64,000 nucleotides of DNA from Octopus bimaculoides (taxonomy: Eukaryota): the NCBI RefSeq assembly GCF_001194135.2, contig NC_068984.1, positions 71,126,402 through 71,190,401 on the forward strand, given 5' to 3'. Shown piece after piece: positions 40,310-56,617 of this stretch. The first letter of the stretch is position 1. Every line of letters starts with the position of its first letter. Position numbers and translations under genes: made by a program. The notes beneath the pieces were generated by a model, which worked only from the letters and a program-made list of their open reading frames with translations, searched no databases and was not told the origin of the DNA.

Positions 40310-40655
40310 TCATTGGATGGCACGCCAAGTACGAAGCATTTATGGCGGAAGATGACTGGGGTGATTTGGTAGATATAAAGAAATACCATCATTTCAGTGG
40401 AGCGCTTCTTTGTAGGCAACGTTTCTCGTTTTCCCTTCTGATGCACAAATGTATAGACTTTGTGGCCTGCCAACACGGGCGCATCCTACGTAATGTTGAC
40501 CGTGTGAGAACACTTGCTCTGTGAGATTTAAACCAACCATTTGCAATGATTGACCCTGTGCCTTATTTATTTCCATTGCAAAAGAGAGTTTGATAGGAAA
40601 TTGAAGCCGCTTAAACTTGTAGATCGCATCGGAGGGAGGGAAGGACATTGGAGTT
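40310..40655 (-). mobile_element. Helitron RepHel PIF1-helicase C-terminal fragment
   Basis: FKRLQFPIKLSFAMEINKAQGQSLQMVGLNLTEQVFSHGQHYVGCARVG...KTRNVAYKEAL* matches the conserved QFP..FAMTINKSQGQSL..FSHGQLYVA.SRV motif. Confidence 0.9.
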
Positions 40656-40764
40656 ATAAGAACATCTTGACCAGCGGTGATCCATTCAAGATGGTTGCCT
40701 GTAGAACATGGGAGTATATATTTTGATTATCATGCGGACCTTTCCANNNNNNNNNNTCGGAATT

Positions 40765-40826
40765 TTCCAGGAAGTACCACCCTCAGAACTTTCCAGGAAG
40801 TAGTTCGTCCTTGGAACTTTCTAGGA
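40765..40826. repeat. Short tandem array of TTCYAGGAA motifs (STAT/GAS-like TTCN3GAA)
   Basis: TTCCAGGAA 40765-40773, TTCCAGGAA 40790-40798, TTCTAGGAA 40818-40826; function not shown. Confidence 0.45.
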
Positions 40827-41944
40827 AGGCCTCGAGATTTGCAGAGAATCCCAGCCTCGGAACTAACAAAATGTATAAATCGAGCGCCTATGTATCACAA
40901 ATGGGATGAACGTTATATGAATGCGTAAGTCCAGAGTTTCTCAAAAATATACTATTTCTCTTACGTCCCTTCATTTCACCTTCTCTCTATGCATACAAAT
41001 AAACGCGCACGTACACACACACACACATTCACATTTATATTACAATTTTATAGGATGCTGATAGGAATATCTCTGATTTTTAATTCTAAATATATTCACT
41101 GATTATTGTAAGAAGCATTTCTGTCATTCGTCACTAGACCAGTAGGGACCATGTTGCGAATTGACAGAATCATTAGAGTATCGGTTTTTGCATTCTTTAT
41201 CGTGTCTTAGTGGCTCTAATTCCGACGAGGTTACATTTGCATTTCATTCTTTCGATTCGAAAAAAAAATAATAATTGTACGAAAACATGGCAATGGCTAA
41301 GCAGAATTTCTATGTTGTCATGTTCATTCCAGTTCTGTTCTGTTCATTCTGGGTTAAAATTCCAACATGAGATAATATGGGGGTATCTTAGTTTAACGCC
41401 GCCATGTCGCATAACGGATGCTTTTAACGTAGCTATTCTTCTTTATGTTTCCGACGTAGGTTTCAGTTTTAATGACGCGTATCTCTATCTCTACGCACTA
41501 AACAGATATGTAAAAGGTCATAGGCTCTACTCCCCACACGATTAAAACATATACGTATATATAAACAACGTAAGGCTGCAGACGTCACTTTAGCGGCAAC
41601 TAATTTTAGCTTCCATAGCATAACGTATACAAACATTTGCGCAATAGATTCTTCGAAAATTTACTTGGGCATCAGGCACGCTCATATTACTAATAATGAA
41701 TTTATCACAAGAACTTATGAACTATTATGAAGTTCAGAAAACTTAATTTTGAACAAACGATTTCATTAATTATAGAGGAGAAATATATTGTCTTCCCCTC
41801 TCTTCTACTCAAACATCCTTTCGTTCAGAATTTGCTATGAAATATTAGTTAATAATGAAACTAAATATTGATTTGTTATTTAAACCATTTCTCTGACTCT
41901 ATCTGTCGATCTATCTGCCTGTCTGTCTTTCTTACCCTCTCTCT

Positions 41945-41945
41945 C

Positions 41946-42004
<59 letters not shown>

Positions 42005-42005
42005 C

Positions 42006-42054
<49 letters not shown>

Positions 42055-42070
42055 ATATATATATATATAA
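41945..42070. repeat. (TCTA)n(TA)n microsatellite
   Basis: Direct reading. Confidence 0.95.
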
Positions 42071-42264
42071 ATACACCCATACGGTCTATAAAGTAGATAT
42101 ATAATAAAGTTTTATACACACATTCTGTATTCTACATATGAGTGTATGCATATAATATATGAAAGCAACATATATACTTCGTGTGTATATGTGTGTGTGT
42201 GCGTCTGTTTGTATTTATATATGTGTATGTATATACATATGTAGATACATGTATGTCTGTATAT

Positions 42265-42315
<51 letters not shown>

Positions 42316-43720
42316 TGTGTGTGTGTGTGTGTGTGTGTTTGTATATAGGTATATGCTTATATACTATACATTTTATGATATATTAGATACTAATGAGACT
42401 AAATGTTAATTTCTATTGAAACACTTTATATGTATATATGTATGTGTATGTGTGAGTTTGTGTGTGTGTGTTTGTGTGTGCGTGTGTGTGTGTATGTCTG
42501 ATATGTCTAGCTATAAAAGTAAGTGAAGCACCTTTTAACACTTTAGTGCTGTGAGAAATTCAGTTCAATATGTTGAGCATTTATCTTGGACAAGAAAGAA
42601 AAATGGATAGAAAATAGAAATGAGGAGATTCTGTAAGCGCATTGTTTTATCTACCTAATGCTTGTTGCAAGACTTAATTTGATAAAGTAAAGAGTTTGTA
42701 ATGAATTGTGTTAACCAAAATAATGTTTCGCCGGTCAAGATATAATGTCAGAGATCTTCGATACGTGTGTGTATGTGTGTGTTTGTGCGTGTGTGTCTAG
42801 CTATGTGTGAGTGTGTGTGTGCGTGTGCGTGCGATGGAGGGAGAGAGTTAAGGTCAATTAGAAAGAAGGAGGGTGTGATGGAAAAAGCTTTTCTGTGTGT
42901 ATGTTTATGTGCCTTATCGGGTCAATGTACATTTGATGCTAAAACCTATGCAGTATGTGTTGCAAATTTTGGATGCGTTAATAACTGTGTGGATGCTGGT
43001 TGACAGTGTGAAGAATTATATACGTGGGTATTTCAGGTGTGAGTTCTTAATTAGGTTTAATCTTGAGTGTGATAGACGGACAGTGTCTCTGTGTATGTGT
43101 CTGAAGAAGAGTGGAATTTGTGATGTGTAGTAAGGCATTTATCATTGTGTATGAGAGAGGTAAAGAAGATGCAGTGCTACTTAATGAAAACGATGTGTTT
43201 ATTATTCCAGATCGGTGTCTTTAACTATTATTCCTTGTACGAATGGAAGCCAATTGATTCATGCTATAAAAAGATAATTCAACCAGTGAAACATATACTT
43301 GTATTATAAAGAATAGATTAAGTTTCAAGTTATCCAGCGTTGTTACAGGTGCTGTATATGAGCTCTGTGTAAGACAATTTTTGACCGGTTTCTTCAATCT
43401 ACATAATCGCACAAAATTAGTTTTTAATGCAAACTTGTACTCTAGACGATACAGATGAAACCGTCAGTGATATGAAAGAAGAAGTAAGGTCCGAATAAAG
43501 TAGTGGTGATTTGGATAAAAAGCAAAAGGAAAAAAAAAAAAACAGGTAATTTAGCGCGTGTGCGATAAAGCAAATTTCTAAGTTATGTAGGGTAACGAAC
43601 AAAAAAGATATGAGCAAAAGCTTCCGGAAATTGAGGAAGTCCCGGCGAGATGTACAAAGTAACGTCAAATTCGATAAACGTTAAGATGATTCACGAGCAA
43701 CAGAATATATAATAGGTTTT

Positions 43721-44097
43721 GTGTTGTTGGCACTCCATCGCTTACGACGTCGAGAGTTCCAGTTGATCCGATCAATGGAACAGCCTACTCGTGAAATTAA
43801 CGTGCAAGTGGCTGAGCACTCCACAGATACGTGTACCCCTAGCGTAGTTCTCGGGGATAGTCAGCGTGACACAGTGAGACAAGGCTGGCTCTTTGAAATA
43901 CAGGTACAACAGAAACAAAGAGTGAAAGAAAGTTGTGGTGGAAGAGTACAGCAGGGATCGCCACCATCCCCTGCCGGAGCCTTGCGTAGCTTTAGGTGTT
44001 TTTGCTCGATAAACACTCACAACGCCCGGTCTGGGAATCGAAACCGCAATCCTATGACTGCGAGTCCGCTGCCCTAACCACTGGGCCATTGCGCCTC
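43721..44097 (-). mobile_element. tRNA-derived SINE (family C), full length
   Basis: Minus head gaggcgcaatggcccagtggttagggcagcggactcgcagtc...gcggtttcgattccc with clear A and B boxes. Confidence 0.8.
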
Positions 44098-45840
44098 TAC
44101 TATATAATAGGATATATAATAGAATATATTGTTATAAGTTTGTTGTGAAAGCGGCAACCTGAAGGTCTGTTGTTTACGTTGATTTTCATCAGTATTATGT
44201 ATTTCATCTTTCAAAAGAATTCTCTACTAAATTGTATTACCAGCCTTACAAGAAAATGTTTTGGGTTTTTAAATTATTTTTTTTATTTGTTCTTGATTTG
44301 AAAAGTAAAGTAAGAAATAAATTAGTAAAAACAGGATTCCTTGCAACGTTTTTCAAGGCGTCCTTTTAAACAACTTTCTTAGCTTGAGAGTCCCATTTAA
44401 CAGGGTTTGACATTGCAACGATTACGGGATATTGACATATTATCGAACGGTCAAGAAGCCCTAATCTTAGAAATACAGTATTGGTATTATCAACAGAAGT
44501 GCCTCAAACAATATTTGCTTGTCTGTTGATACTCTCTAAGCAAATATTTGGCCAGTTTTGTAATGGTTAAAATTTCTATTACAGCTACTATTGAACTGCT
44601 GTTTTACTTGGGCTTGTGCAAAAGTTTCCTAATTAGTCACAAAAACGTTGTTGTTTCAGAAACTTTTTTGTTTTTGCTTTGTTTAGGAGGGGTTTGGATT
44701 AGAAATTCTGTTGTCGCGAAATACGCTTTATAAACTTTATTTTTGTATCAGGTTCGCAAGATTCTTTATGTGAATTTGTGTGTTGAAACAAACTTTCTTG
44801 TGTCTAGTGAGAGTCATTATGCGATTATTACTAACATTGTTGGCATAATGACTCTTTTGAGACACAGCACTTTATAAAGTTATGTTATAATGAGACGACA
44901 CCGGCTTTTCACGAAAATAATGATCACAACATTGGTTAATTTACAAAAGTTAGCTGACAAAACTATCTAATGAATATTGTAAGAGCAACGATTTGACAAC
45001 TAGTCAAAAAATAGCTTAAATTTCTAAATAACCATTTGGACAAGACGAGAGAAAAGAACATGCTTATAAACAACAAAACAAAGGCGTCATAGAGATATTT
45101 CATTTCTTGTTTCAGTCATTAAAACGTTTTAATCGACCGTTTATTTCATTTTGTGTCATGTTTTGTCCCTTGTTCATCGCTTCACTATTTTGAGGCGGCT
45201 TCTCGCCGCCGGTACCACCAAAGGGTCACGATACTATCGTTAAAATCACGAAATTACTGAAAAAATTTGGCCCATAACTGATGAGGATTTGGTGACATTC
45301 TGTCTTTGTTTTTCGTTAGTTAGTGCCTACAGTAGCGGCCATAATATAATGGTTAGTAAGAACAAGTGTATTGAAATATTTATTATAGAATATTGACAAA
45401 ACATTGAGACTAGATATTTTATACATGTTTAGATATATCTAATATCTACCGTTCGCGAAACTTTCAAGTGAATGGAAGAAATATTTCGTAAGTTATGAGG
45501 AAATAAGCAAACGATATTCCAAACTGCAACGGTCAAAAGTAAAGGGTCACTTAGAAAAGCAATAAAAATCGGAACAAGGACAAAAAAAAACAAAAAAAAC
45601 TCTTACTATTAATATTTTGTGAACATCCCTATACTATCAATGATCTCCTGACATCTGTTACCACAGGACTGAATTAATTTCTTGCAAAGTGATGTAATAA
45701 AATATATTTTTTATTTCACTTTTTTCTTTCTTTTATTCATTATATTACTTTTCACTAAATACTATAGCCCATTAACCCTATAACTCTTATATACTATAAC
45801 CGATCGTTCATTATTATCATTATTATCATCATCATCATCA

Positions 45841-45877
<37 letters not shown>

Positions 45878-46301
45878 AATAAAAGTGATAGTTTTAGCAC
45901 ATGTATGCACACATACATATACATAGACACATAATAAGTATGTCTATATTATTCTAAGTATTCCAAACGTATCCTCATATAATCCTTATTGTCCTTTGTA
46001 CACCCTGAGGATTTTCCATACAAGGTATTTAAAATACAAAATTATATATTTATATTTTTTTTTATAATTTGAATTTTGCTTGTGAAATGAAACAAGTGTA
46101 GGTGAATATGTTAAGTAATTAATAAATTAATTTGCATCCATTAAACCTCTCTGTCTTCTAACTCGATAATACTATTTGATATTTTACGATATTTTATATA
46201 ATATATTCATAAATGTAATATCTTTTCAAAATATGATATATTAAACCAGTGTATCTTGGATAAAATATTTTATAAGAGGTTTAAATATCCTCATTGTGAG
46301 A

Positions 46302-46333
<32 letters not shown>

Positions 46334-47229
46334 GTGTGTGTGTGTGTGCGTGCGTGTACACACACACACACACACATACGCATTAGAAGAGATTTATTGT
46401 AGCACCAATTGAAGGTGTTGGTAGCATTTAGATATTTCGTAGTTTTTGCTTGCGTCACTTGCGCATCATTTTACGAAAATTTATGAAAATAATGTAAAAC
46501 GAACATACTATTAGAAATAATAACACGATATTTTCATGTCTTTCTATTGATTTTCGAATTCAAATTTCAGATATAGTGAAAATTGAAGAAGCTACGTTTA
46601 AAAATAATGATTTAATAAATAATTTATTGCCGTTTTATAATAGATATGAATCCTAAGGGTGTTTCATTGCATAACCAAGCATATACCTATATGTTGGAAT
46701 TTATTTTTTTATTGTGTTAAAATATTTAGGAACTATATGCGTTATGTTTAGTGATGCTATTTCCTGTATGTTCTGTATATCTGTAAATCTTCAATTGGTG
46801 GTCGATTATTTGTCTTCACCATTCATATACATATATACATCTGTCAGCCAAGTAATAAGAATCGTAGCGTTTTTCCCTCCATAGGCTCTCATATTGTCGA
46901 TGATATAAATCTTTATTGAAAATCAAGTCTGCACTCTTTTGACATCGATAATAATAAATGGTGAGCGTATGTGCACAGGACCTGTAATATCAAGACAACT
47001 ACAGAGTTATACGTATGAATGTATGTCATTATTCCATTTATTTCAAGATTTTTTGCCAATAGAGAAAGAACTGGTTTCTAACTTAGATCCAAGGATTCAT
47101 TGGAATTTCAACATCAACAACAGGGTATTTTCTAGTATGTATGTATATATGTATGCATGCATGTATGCATGTATGTATGTATGTATGTATGTATGTATGC
47201 ATGTATGCATGCATATGCAAACTTGAATG

Positions 47230-47700
47230 TTTTATGTATGTATTCTCATGCATATACTTGCTTATCTAGACAAACTCATATATATTTAAATGATAAAATT
47301 CTAGAATGCTTTACAGATTTTTACAGTTTCAATGATGGATTGGATATGTAGTGTTCGAATTAGCTTTCTCTTTTCTGGTTTTGAGAAGCATAATTTCTCA
47401 AGATTGGTATTTAAGCAGTGTGTTACGTATCCCAGGGCCCCCAAAATTACCGGTATAAACCTGAACTTGTAATCTCGATAGAGTAACCGCAGATTTCTTT
47501 ATAGTTCAGCATAGGTGTTCTGTTTTTCATAGTTCTTCAGCTTTATGTTAACAATCGATGGGCAGCTAATTTCCACAATTGTGCACAGTTTCTCTTCTCT
47601 ATCCCAAATCAAATCTTTGTGTATGTCTGTTGTATGACGATCACACGCTACACACTTTCCTTCCAAGCACAACTGTAAGCAGCGGAAGTGAGCTAGAACG
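47230..47700 (-). mobile_element. R4/Dong-type non-LTR 3' end, restriction-like endonuclease relic
   Basis: DIHKDLIWDREEKLCTIVEISCP..VNIKLK..EKQNTYAEL*RNL..LYRDYKFRFIPVILGALG...LEKL...ETVKICKAF, the PD..E-x-S-CP..K..Y REL motif; 3' UTR runs into (CATA)n. Confidence 0.8.
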
Positions 47701-47956
47701 TTAAATCTTAGTGTGCATGCATAGCAGAGCTCAAGGTCAATCTTTGCCAACCATCTTTAGCTTCTTTACTATACCAACAATCCGGATACTTATTGATCAG
47801 TCCATGTATACATATATTACACACACACACACACGCACCCACACACACACTCACACACACAAACACACACACAAACGCATGTATATATATATATATATAT
47901 ATATATATGGCTGATAGCTAGCAAGGTGAGACACACATAAGAAAGAAGGAAACAAA

Positions 47957-48001
47957 GGACCACTGATGAGGTCACAGAAGTGTGACGAAAGAACTCTGGC
48001 C
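47957..48001 (+). ncRNA. Type I hammerhead ribozyme, intact core, solo remnant
   Basis: gacca CTGATGA g gtcaca-gaag-tgtgac GAAA gaac TC tggcc; perfect 6-bp stem II, 4/5 stem I, predicted cleavage after 47996. Confidence 0.75.
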
Positions 48002-48301
48002 GAAATAAGATTAAGATTAAGATTAATGTAATNNNNNNNNNNNNNNNNNNNNNNNNNNNNNNNNNNNNNNNNNNNNNNNNNNNNNNNNNNNNNNNNNNNN
48101 NNNNNNNNNNNNNNNNNNNNNNNNNNNNNNNNNNNNNNNNNNNNNNNNNNNNNNNNNNNNNNNNNNNNNNNNNNNNNNNNNNNNNNNNNNNNNNNNNNNN
48201 NNNNNNNNNNNNNNNNNNNNNNNNNNNNNNNNNNNNNNNNNNNNNNNNNNNNNNNNNNNNNNNNNNNNNNNNNNNNNNNNNNNNNNNNNNNNNNNNNNNN
48301 N

Positions 48302-48333
<32 letters not shown>

Positions 48334-49226
48334 GTTTTTATACAGGCATATATTCATATATATATATATATAGAAACATGTATGTATACCCATATGCCTG
48401 TAGGTATGCTAATTACACTAGCTATAATTTTGCTATCTACACTTTTGGATAATCTATGAATGATAACGATACTGTGTAGTAATTAAAGAAAGCGCTCATA
48501 CTTTACAGCTTCAAATTTTAACCATCCTGGTGCTTTTCTTTTATCGATATAAATACTAAGTTATTAAAGTTATGAAACTTTGCCACAGAAATAACATAAG
48601 ACAATTTATGGTAATGGACTTGTCAAAATGTAGTTGAGATGTACAACAACCTTTTCAACTTCCCTAGCTAACTGTCTACATATATCTGCTAAACTGGTTA
48701 ACTAAATACTAACAGCTGTAAGATGATGTTTACATTTAAGCATACCTATGTTACTATATTTGCACATTATATCCATATTCACAAATTCATATATGCATGT
48801 ACACATACACACACATTATATTATATTATATTACACACACACACACACGCACACACACACATACACACACAAACACACACATATATATATATATGAGTCT
48901 ATACGCTTATACGTGCATGTATCTCTCTATCTGCGTTTAGATTCTTTATTTTCTACGCTCAACCTCTGCTGATTGTTAACTCTACATAAGCGACACGGAT
49001 GTTTCTCAGTGCGAAATGATAATCCTACGACATTCATAGACAAGTCATCAGTACATGCGGAATGACCTTCCACCAAAAGCTCGAAAACATCATATTAGAC
49101 AAATGTATGTGTGTATCAGAACAGTTTCAGGCGCGTGTGTACGTATGTATGTCTCGTATATGCATATGCATATATAAATACACCATATACACACACATTA
49201 TATATCGCGCAATAAAATCATGCATC

Positions 49227-49390
<164 letters not shown>

Positions 49391-49899
49391 AATCCATTAT
49401 ATATCTATTTACACGCACACACAATCACACACGCGCTCACACACACACACATATATAGAAATTACACATGTAGGAAAGGAAGGATGTGTGCCAAATTTTC
49501 GGAAATTTAGTTCCCCGCGATTGCTGGAAAATATCATAAACTCCCTACCAATGAGCTTCCTACCAATAGCTGAAACTTTATTTCCTAAATCATTGAAGAG
49601 ATTTTGTTGAATTCAGGGCATACAGGAGCTGATTTCCTTTTTTTTTAATCTCCTATTGGTGTGTATCAAGAGGGCGTGCACACACCAGCCCTTTTGTCCC
49701 TATTCCTTACTCATATTGCTGCTGTAAAGAACAGATATAGAACTGAGAATAAAGTACGATGAAAGCGTCTTCAGTCGAAGCTGTTTCCTGTCAAAGTACA
49801 AAGGATCAATTTGCAGCATTTCAAAAAGACAGTATGTGGATGATAATGGTGAATTCAATCATGACTAAATTAAACAACCAAACTGAAACTCTTACAAAC

Positions 49900-50300
49900 A
49901 AATGTCTCTTAGTGTCTCGACATAATATCAAAACACATTTGACATAAACAAAATTACGTGCACCGGCCAGAAAATATACGTAAATGGCCATCGCCAAGCT
50001 GTCCGTATACCAACCATGTTTTCAGCACGCCTGTCCTGATATAGTGACATCACATGAGACGACTTGAACAGTTCCAACAATGAAATTCTTTTACATATTA
50101 GAAATATTGAGAAATTACTGGAACAAAATGATAAACACCTATTAGTTAGAACATACATCAATGGAAAGCAACAATGTGATCATGATCATCATTAGGTATC
50201 AGTAGCGCTGGGCAGGTCACGTTGAAAAAGTGAGTAACTACGACAGATCAATATTTTCGAGTACCGAAACAGAGGTTGACAGAAGTCCTAAAGAACAATA
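49900..50300 (+). mobile_element. RTE-clade LINE C-terminal relic
   Basis: Frame-broken KIYV...HHMRRLEQFQQ and YQ*RWAGHVEKV, matching the post-RT RRLExFHxRCL...QLRWAGHV motifs. Confidence 0.6.
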
Positions 50301-51462
50301 AAAGGAAGTAGGAGGAGAAGTAGGAGAAAGAGGGATATTATATTTGATTACTCCTATCATAAATGGAAATGGGCTGTGGCAGTAAGGTTGTACCCATTTT
50401 CACATTAGGATCAGTAAACATCTACATAATTAGACACAAGCAGAGACACATGTACACGCACGCACACAAGTGCACACGCACGCACACACGCGCACACGCA
50501 CGCACGCAGCTACCATCAGTAAATGCTATAACTTTCTTTACGTTTCGATCTGTTCTTCTTTTCTTTTTTTTATAACACCGAGGCAAACAGAACTCTAGAT
50601 AGTTCCAGCATAAAGTGGCTATGCATTTGCAACCAAATTTTTGAGATGTCTTCGATATGGGCCAGTCGGCGTGAAAATGTCTGTAACAGTGTGCCTAGTT
50701 TTATACCATGACCAGTGATATACTACTCGACAATATAAATATATAACAGCTCTACATATCTTTTAGAATGTGTTTTTTCATAGACAATTGTTAATATATA
50801 CACACGTATATGCGTGTTCGTATGAATATATGCAGAAGTATTTATATCTCTCTGTATATATGTGTGTGTATTACACACACACACACATATATATAGACAT
50901 GATATGTGTGTATATTTCTGCAGGCATGTACAAATGCGCACACAGAGCTCTTAAAGAACGCACAAATACATATGCACACATATTACACACACGTACGCGG
51001 AAACATCGATATACAAAACTTTTTCTTACTCTCATGCAATGTATAAGCGTATGTACAAGTAAGCACATATAGATGTAATCACACATACTCTCACCTAGCA
51101 AAGCTGGTAGTAGATGTGTGTTTGTATTGTATATATGTAGCATGTGTATATGCTGTGAGAACACAGCAGTAGTTAGGGTCTTAAAAATGAATAAGTACCA
51201 AATATAGACATGAAAAGATACCATGCAAATAAATATTAATAGTGCTAGACTATTAAACTTTTGTAAAAATCTTGCTGCAGGAAATACAAAACCTAAAGTT
51301 TAATTAGACTTAAAATGGCAGGTTTCCAAAAGAAAATATTTATAAACTTCAGCTATGTATATATGTATATATGAATGGATGCTTCCAGTAATGTCAGATG
51401 CATTCTTGCGTGCATGTGTGTATGTATGTATGCATGTATCTATCTATTTAAGTATATGTATT

Positions 51463-53564
<2,102 letters not shown>

Positions 53565-53624
53565 TATATATATGCCACGGACAGTGTTCAGTCTTCCTTA
53601 ATATGCGGGATACCCGTGACAAAA

Positions 53625-53838
53625 AATCCTTTCTACTAAAGGAAGAAGGCCTGGAATTTGAGGAGAGGGGCTAGTTGATTACATCGAGCCCAGTTCGTAT
53701 CTGGTACTTATTTCATAAACTTCGAAAGGATGGAAGGCAAAGTCGACCTCGATGGAATTTGAACTCAGACCGTAAGGACGGACGAAATGCCGCTAAGCAT
53801 CTTGCCTAGCGTGCTAAAGACTCTGCCAGCTCGCCGTC
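53625..53838 (-). mobile_element. SINE family A copy
   Basis: Ends ctctgccagctcgccg on the plus strand. Confidence 0.85.
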
Positions 53839-54171
53839 TTCCCCGTGACAAATATTGAATACAAGTTTGAACAGAATTACCATCATTATGTGATCGGGTG
53901 ACAGAAATGATGCGGCAACTGGTTGTCGCATGTTCGAGTCTTTGCATCAACGGAAATTGACAAACGGAAATAGTGTAATTGTATCTTAATGCTGATTTTA
54001 TTCTAAAAGCGAATTGACTGGGTCTCGTTGGATGTTGGCTACTTTAACCAACGTCATTTTTTTTCATCTTTTTCACTTTCCCGATGTGAACATGTGATGT
54101 TAGCTGAGACATAAAAAAAAAAACAGACTTCCTAGCCTGTTACAATACATTACTCTCATCCCTCTCAAAGG

Positions 54172-54410
54172 TCCTTCTCGAACCATAGGCTCATAATACC
54201 GGTTTCCCGGATACTGTGCAGTATATATTTCCCGCTGGTCGAATGCCAGTCCATCGCAGGATTACTCGTTTCTGCCAGTTGAAGAGAATGGAGCAACGTG
54301 AAATGAAGTAGTTTGCTCAAGAACACAATACATCACCTGGTTCAGGAATCGAAACCACAATCTTACGATCATCAGTACAACACTCTGAACACGAAACCAT
54401 GCACATCCAC
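54172..54410 (-). mobile_element. tRNA-derived SINE (family D) with CORE-like central segment
   Basis: Minus: gtggtttcgattcctgaacc...tgtgttcttgagcaaactacttcatttcacgttgctcc...tcctgcgatggactggc. Confidence 0.6.
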
Positions 54411-56472
54411 ATACACACCCGCATGCCCAGAAACCCACGCACGCATATAATCTATAAGACAAGAAAGAAATAATATATATATGTATAATATGTGTGTGTG
54501 TGTCTGTGTTTGTTCCCCTTCTTGACAACCAGTGTTGGTGTGTTTACATCCCTCTAAATTAGCGTTTCGGCAAAAGAGCCGAAAGAATAAGTACTAGTCT
54601 TAAAAAAATTTCATTCGGGTTTTAACCAAGTAGTTCAGTTTATTAAGCTTATCAACAGATATAGGGTATATTTATAACTGTTGTTATGTTACAATGATAT
54701 ACGGCAGCGAGATGGCAGATTCGTTAATATCCCGAGAAAATGGTTTAGGAATGAAAGATAAAACCCGAAATAAAAAACCGTCTGTTTCATACAATGTGCT
54801 TTCATATTAATGTGTCAATCTCCTAACATGTGCAGCTTAGCTTACGAAGACTATAGACTAATGTAAAGTAAAATTCAATTAATCATATAACAGCTGACTT
54901 ATGCTGAACTTCACATAAGATATCATTGTAGAAGAAAACAGCCGAGATTCTTGCTGTAATTGCAAAATATTTGTACAGCAAATATATTGAATTACCAAAT
55001 ATCTGATGCTCAGATTAAATTTGTCACTTCATTTTGGTATTTCTCTAACAAACCAAGTTATACTATACAGTATGCATGCTGAAAAACCTATGCAATATCA
55101 TGAATATTGAGACCTCAGAAAAAAATAATGTTCAACGCACATTTTCTCCCAACATGCTGCTCCACTTGACTAAGATAGTTTACATGCAAAAGCAAAGAAC
55201 TAAAGTATTGAATAGACTTGCTTCCTTCTATATCAATTTTCTTTTTATCATTTAGCTCTTCAAGCAATATCAAAAGAAATGTCAATAAAAGAGGAACGGT
55301 GGTGTCTTGATTTACAATTTCTAGTCACTTATGTGTGTTTTATTGGTTAAATGAAATGAAGTGGAGACTGGCTGCTTGTGATCATGTAATTTACAGATTC
55401 TCAGTAAATTTCAGCTCCAGTTCATTATCTCTCTTCATGGTTCGGTGGATTCGCTTGGTAGAAACCAGTTGCAAATATTTTCTTCTCTTTAAATGAAGAT
55501 GTTGCTATAGCTGTTAAGATAGTTCTAGGAATGATTAGTTCCAATGATTAAACAATACTTAGTTCTTGTGAACATAGAGAAGAGTGTGGTTAAGACACTA
55601 AGTATAATAGACCCAGCGGTTCTATGGTTCTATGGTGTAATACAAAGCAGATGCTTTAACATATAATGTAAAATTACAGAAATAAATAACAAAAATAAGA
55701 TATAGAATGTATTTTCAAATGAAGCTTGATGTATCTATTGATTACCCATTGTGAATTATTAACTATCTGATGACACGTCCTTAATACCATCTAAGAGTAT
55801 TTTATTAATAAATAAAAATATTATATACAAATATGACATACACACATTTTGTTGAAGCGGGAATACATATAAGGAGGGTAAGCAGTCAGAAAAACAACAA
55901 GCTATGCATAAAGATTTATAGGGTATAATCACCGACATACTTTACGCTTTATCAAGGCGATCTACAATGCATTTCACTGGCTATCATGTCTTCCTTTTTG
56001 ATGCTTTTGCTGTTGCTGAGGCCGAGACATGAGTAGATTAATAATGAAAGCATCACACTCCACTTTCGGAGTTGCAGTTTAGCTAATTCTGAATCCGTAA
56101 TTTAATACTACTGAAGACATTCTACCCATGATCAACTCGTTTTTGTCGTTATTGCTAGTTCCACTGTATGATAACAATAGATTTGCTACTATTAATCCTG
56201 TAATCAGTAGAACATCTAGCAAGGCAGCCAACAGATCCGGTAGCAACAGCCAGAGTGCTTGGTAAGGAGTTTAATCATTTAACACCTTGCAGATTGGATA
56301 ACAGTAACTATTTAGATGACGTATTAATTCAGAAGTATTAAGAGCCATTTAATAATAACCAGGTCTTCTATGATATCAGATTGTCATGTATATGCAGGCT
56401 GGCTTCTGAAATTACTATACAATCACTAAACAATCACTATACAATCAGTATATTTTAGCCCGTAACTCACCT

Positions 56473-56617
56473 CTGCGTGAGATTGCTACCTGTAATTACC
56501 ATGATGTTAACAACTACGTCAGTTGGAAGTATATATTCAATATATCACAACAATTGCCTCACAGTTACGAAAGATAACTTTCTCTCTATGATGCTCCGAG
56601 CAATAGCAAAAGATTTA
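56473..56617 (-). other. Candidate spliced exon with strong splice sites, possibly 5' UTR plus start MVITGSNLTQ
   Basis: tttttttttgcattcag acceptor and GAG|gtgagt donor; not fully open in any frame; internal aacatcATGG. Confidence 0.2.
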
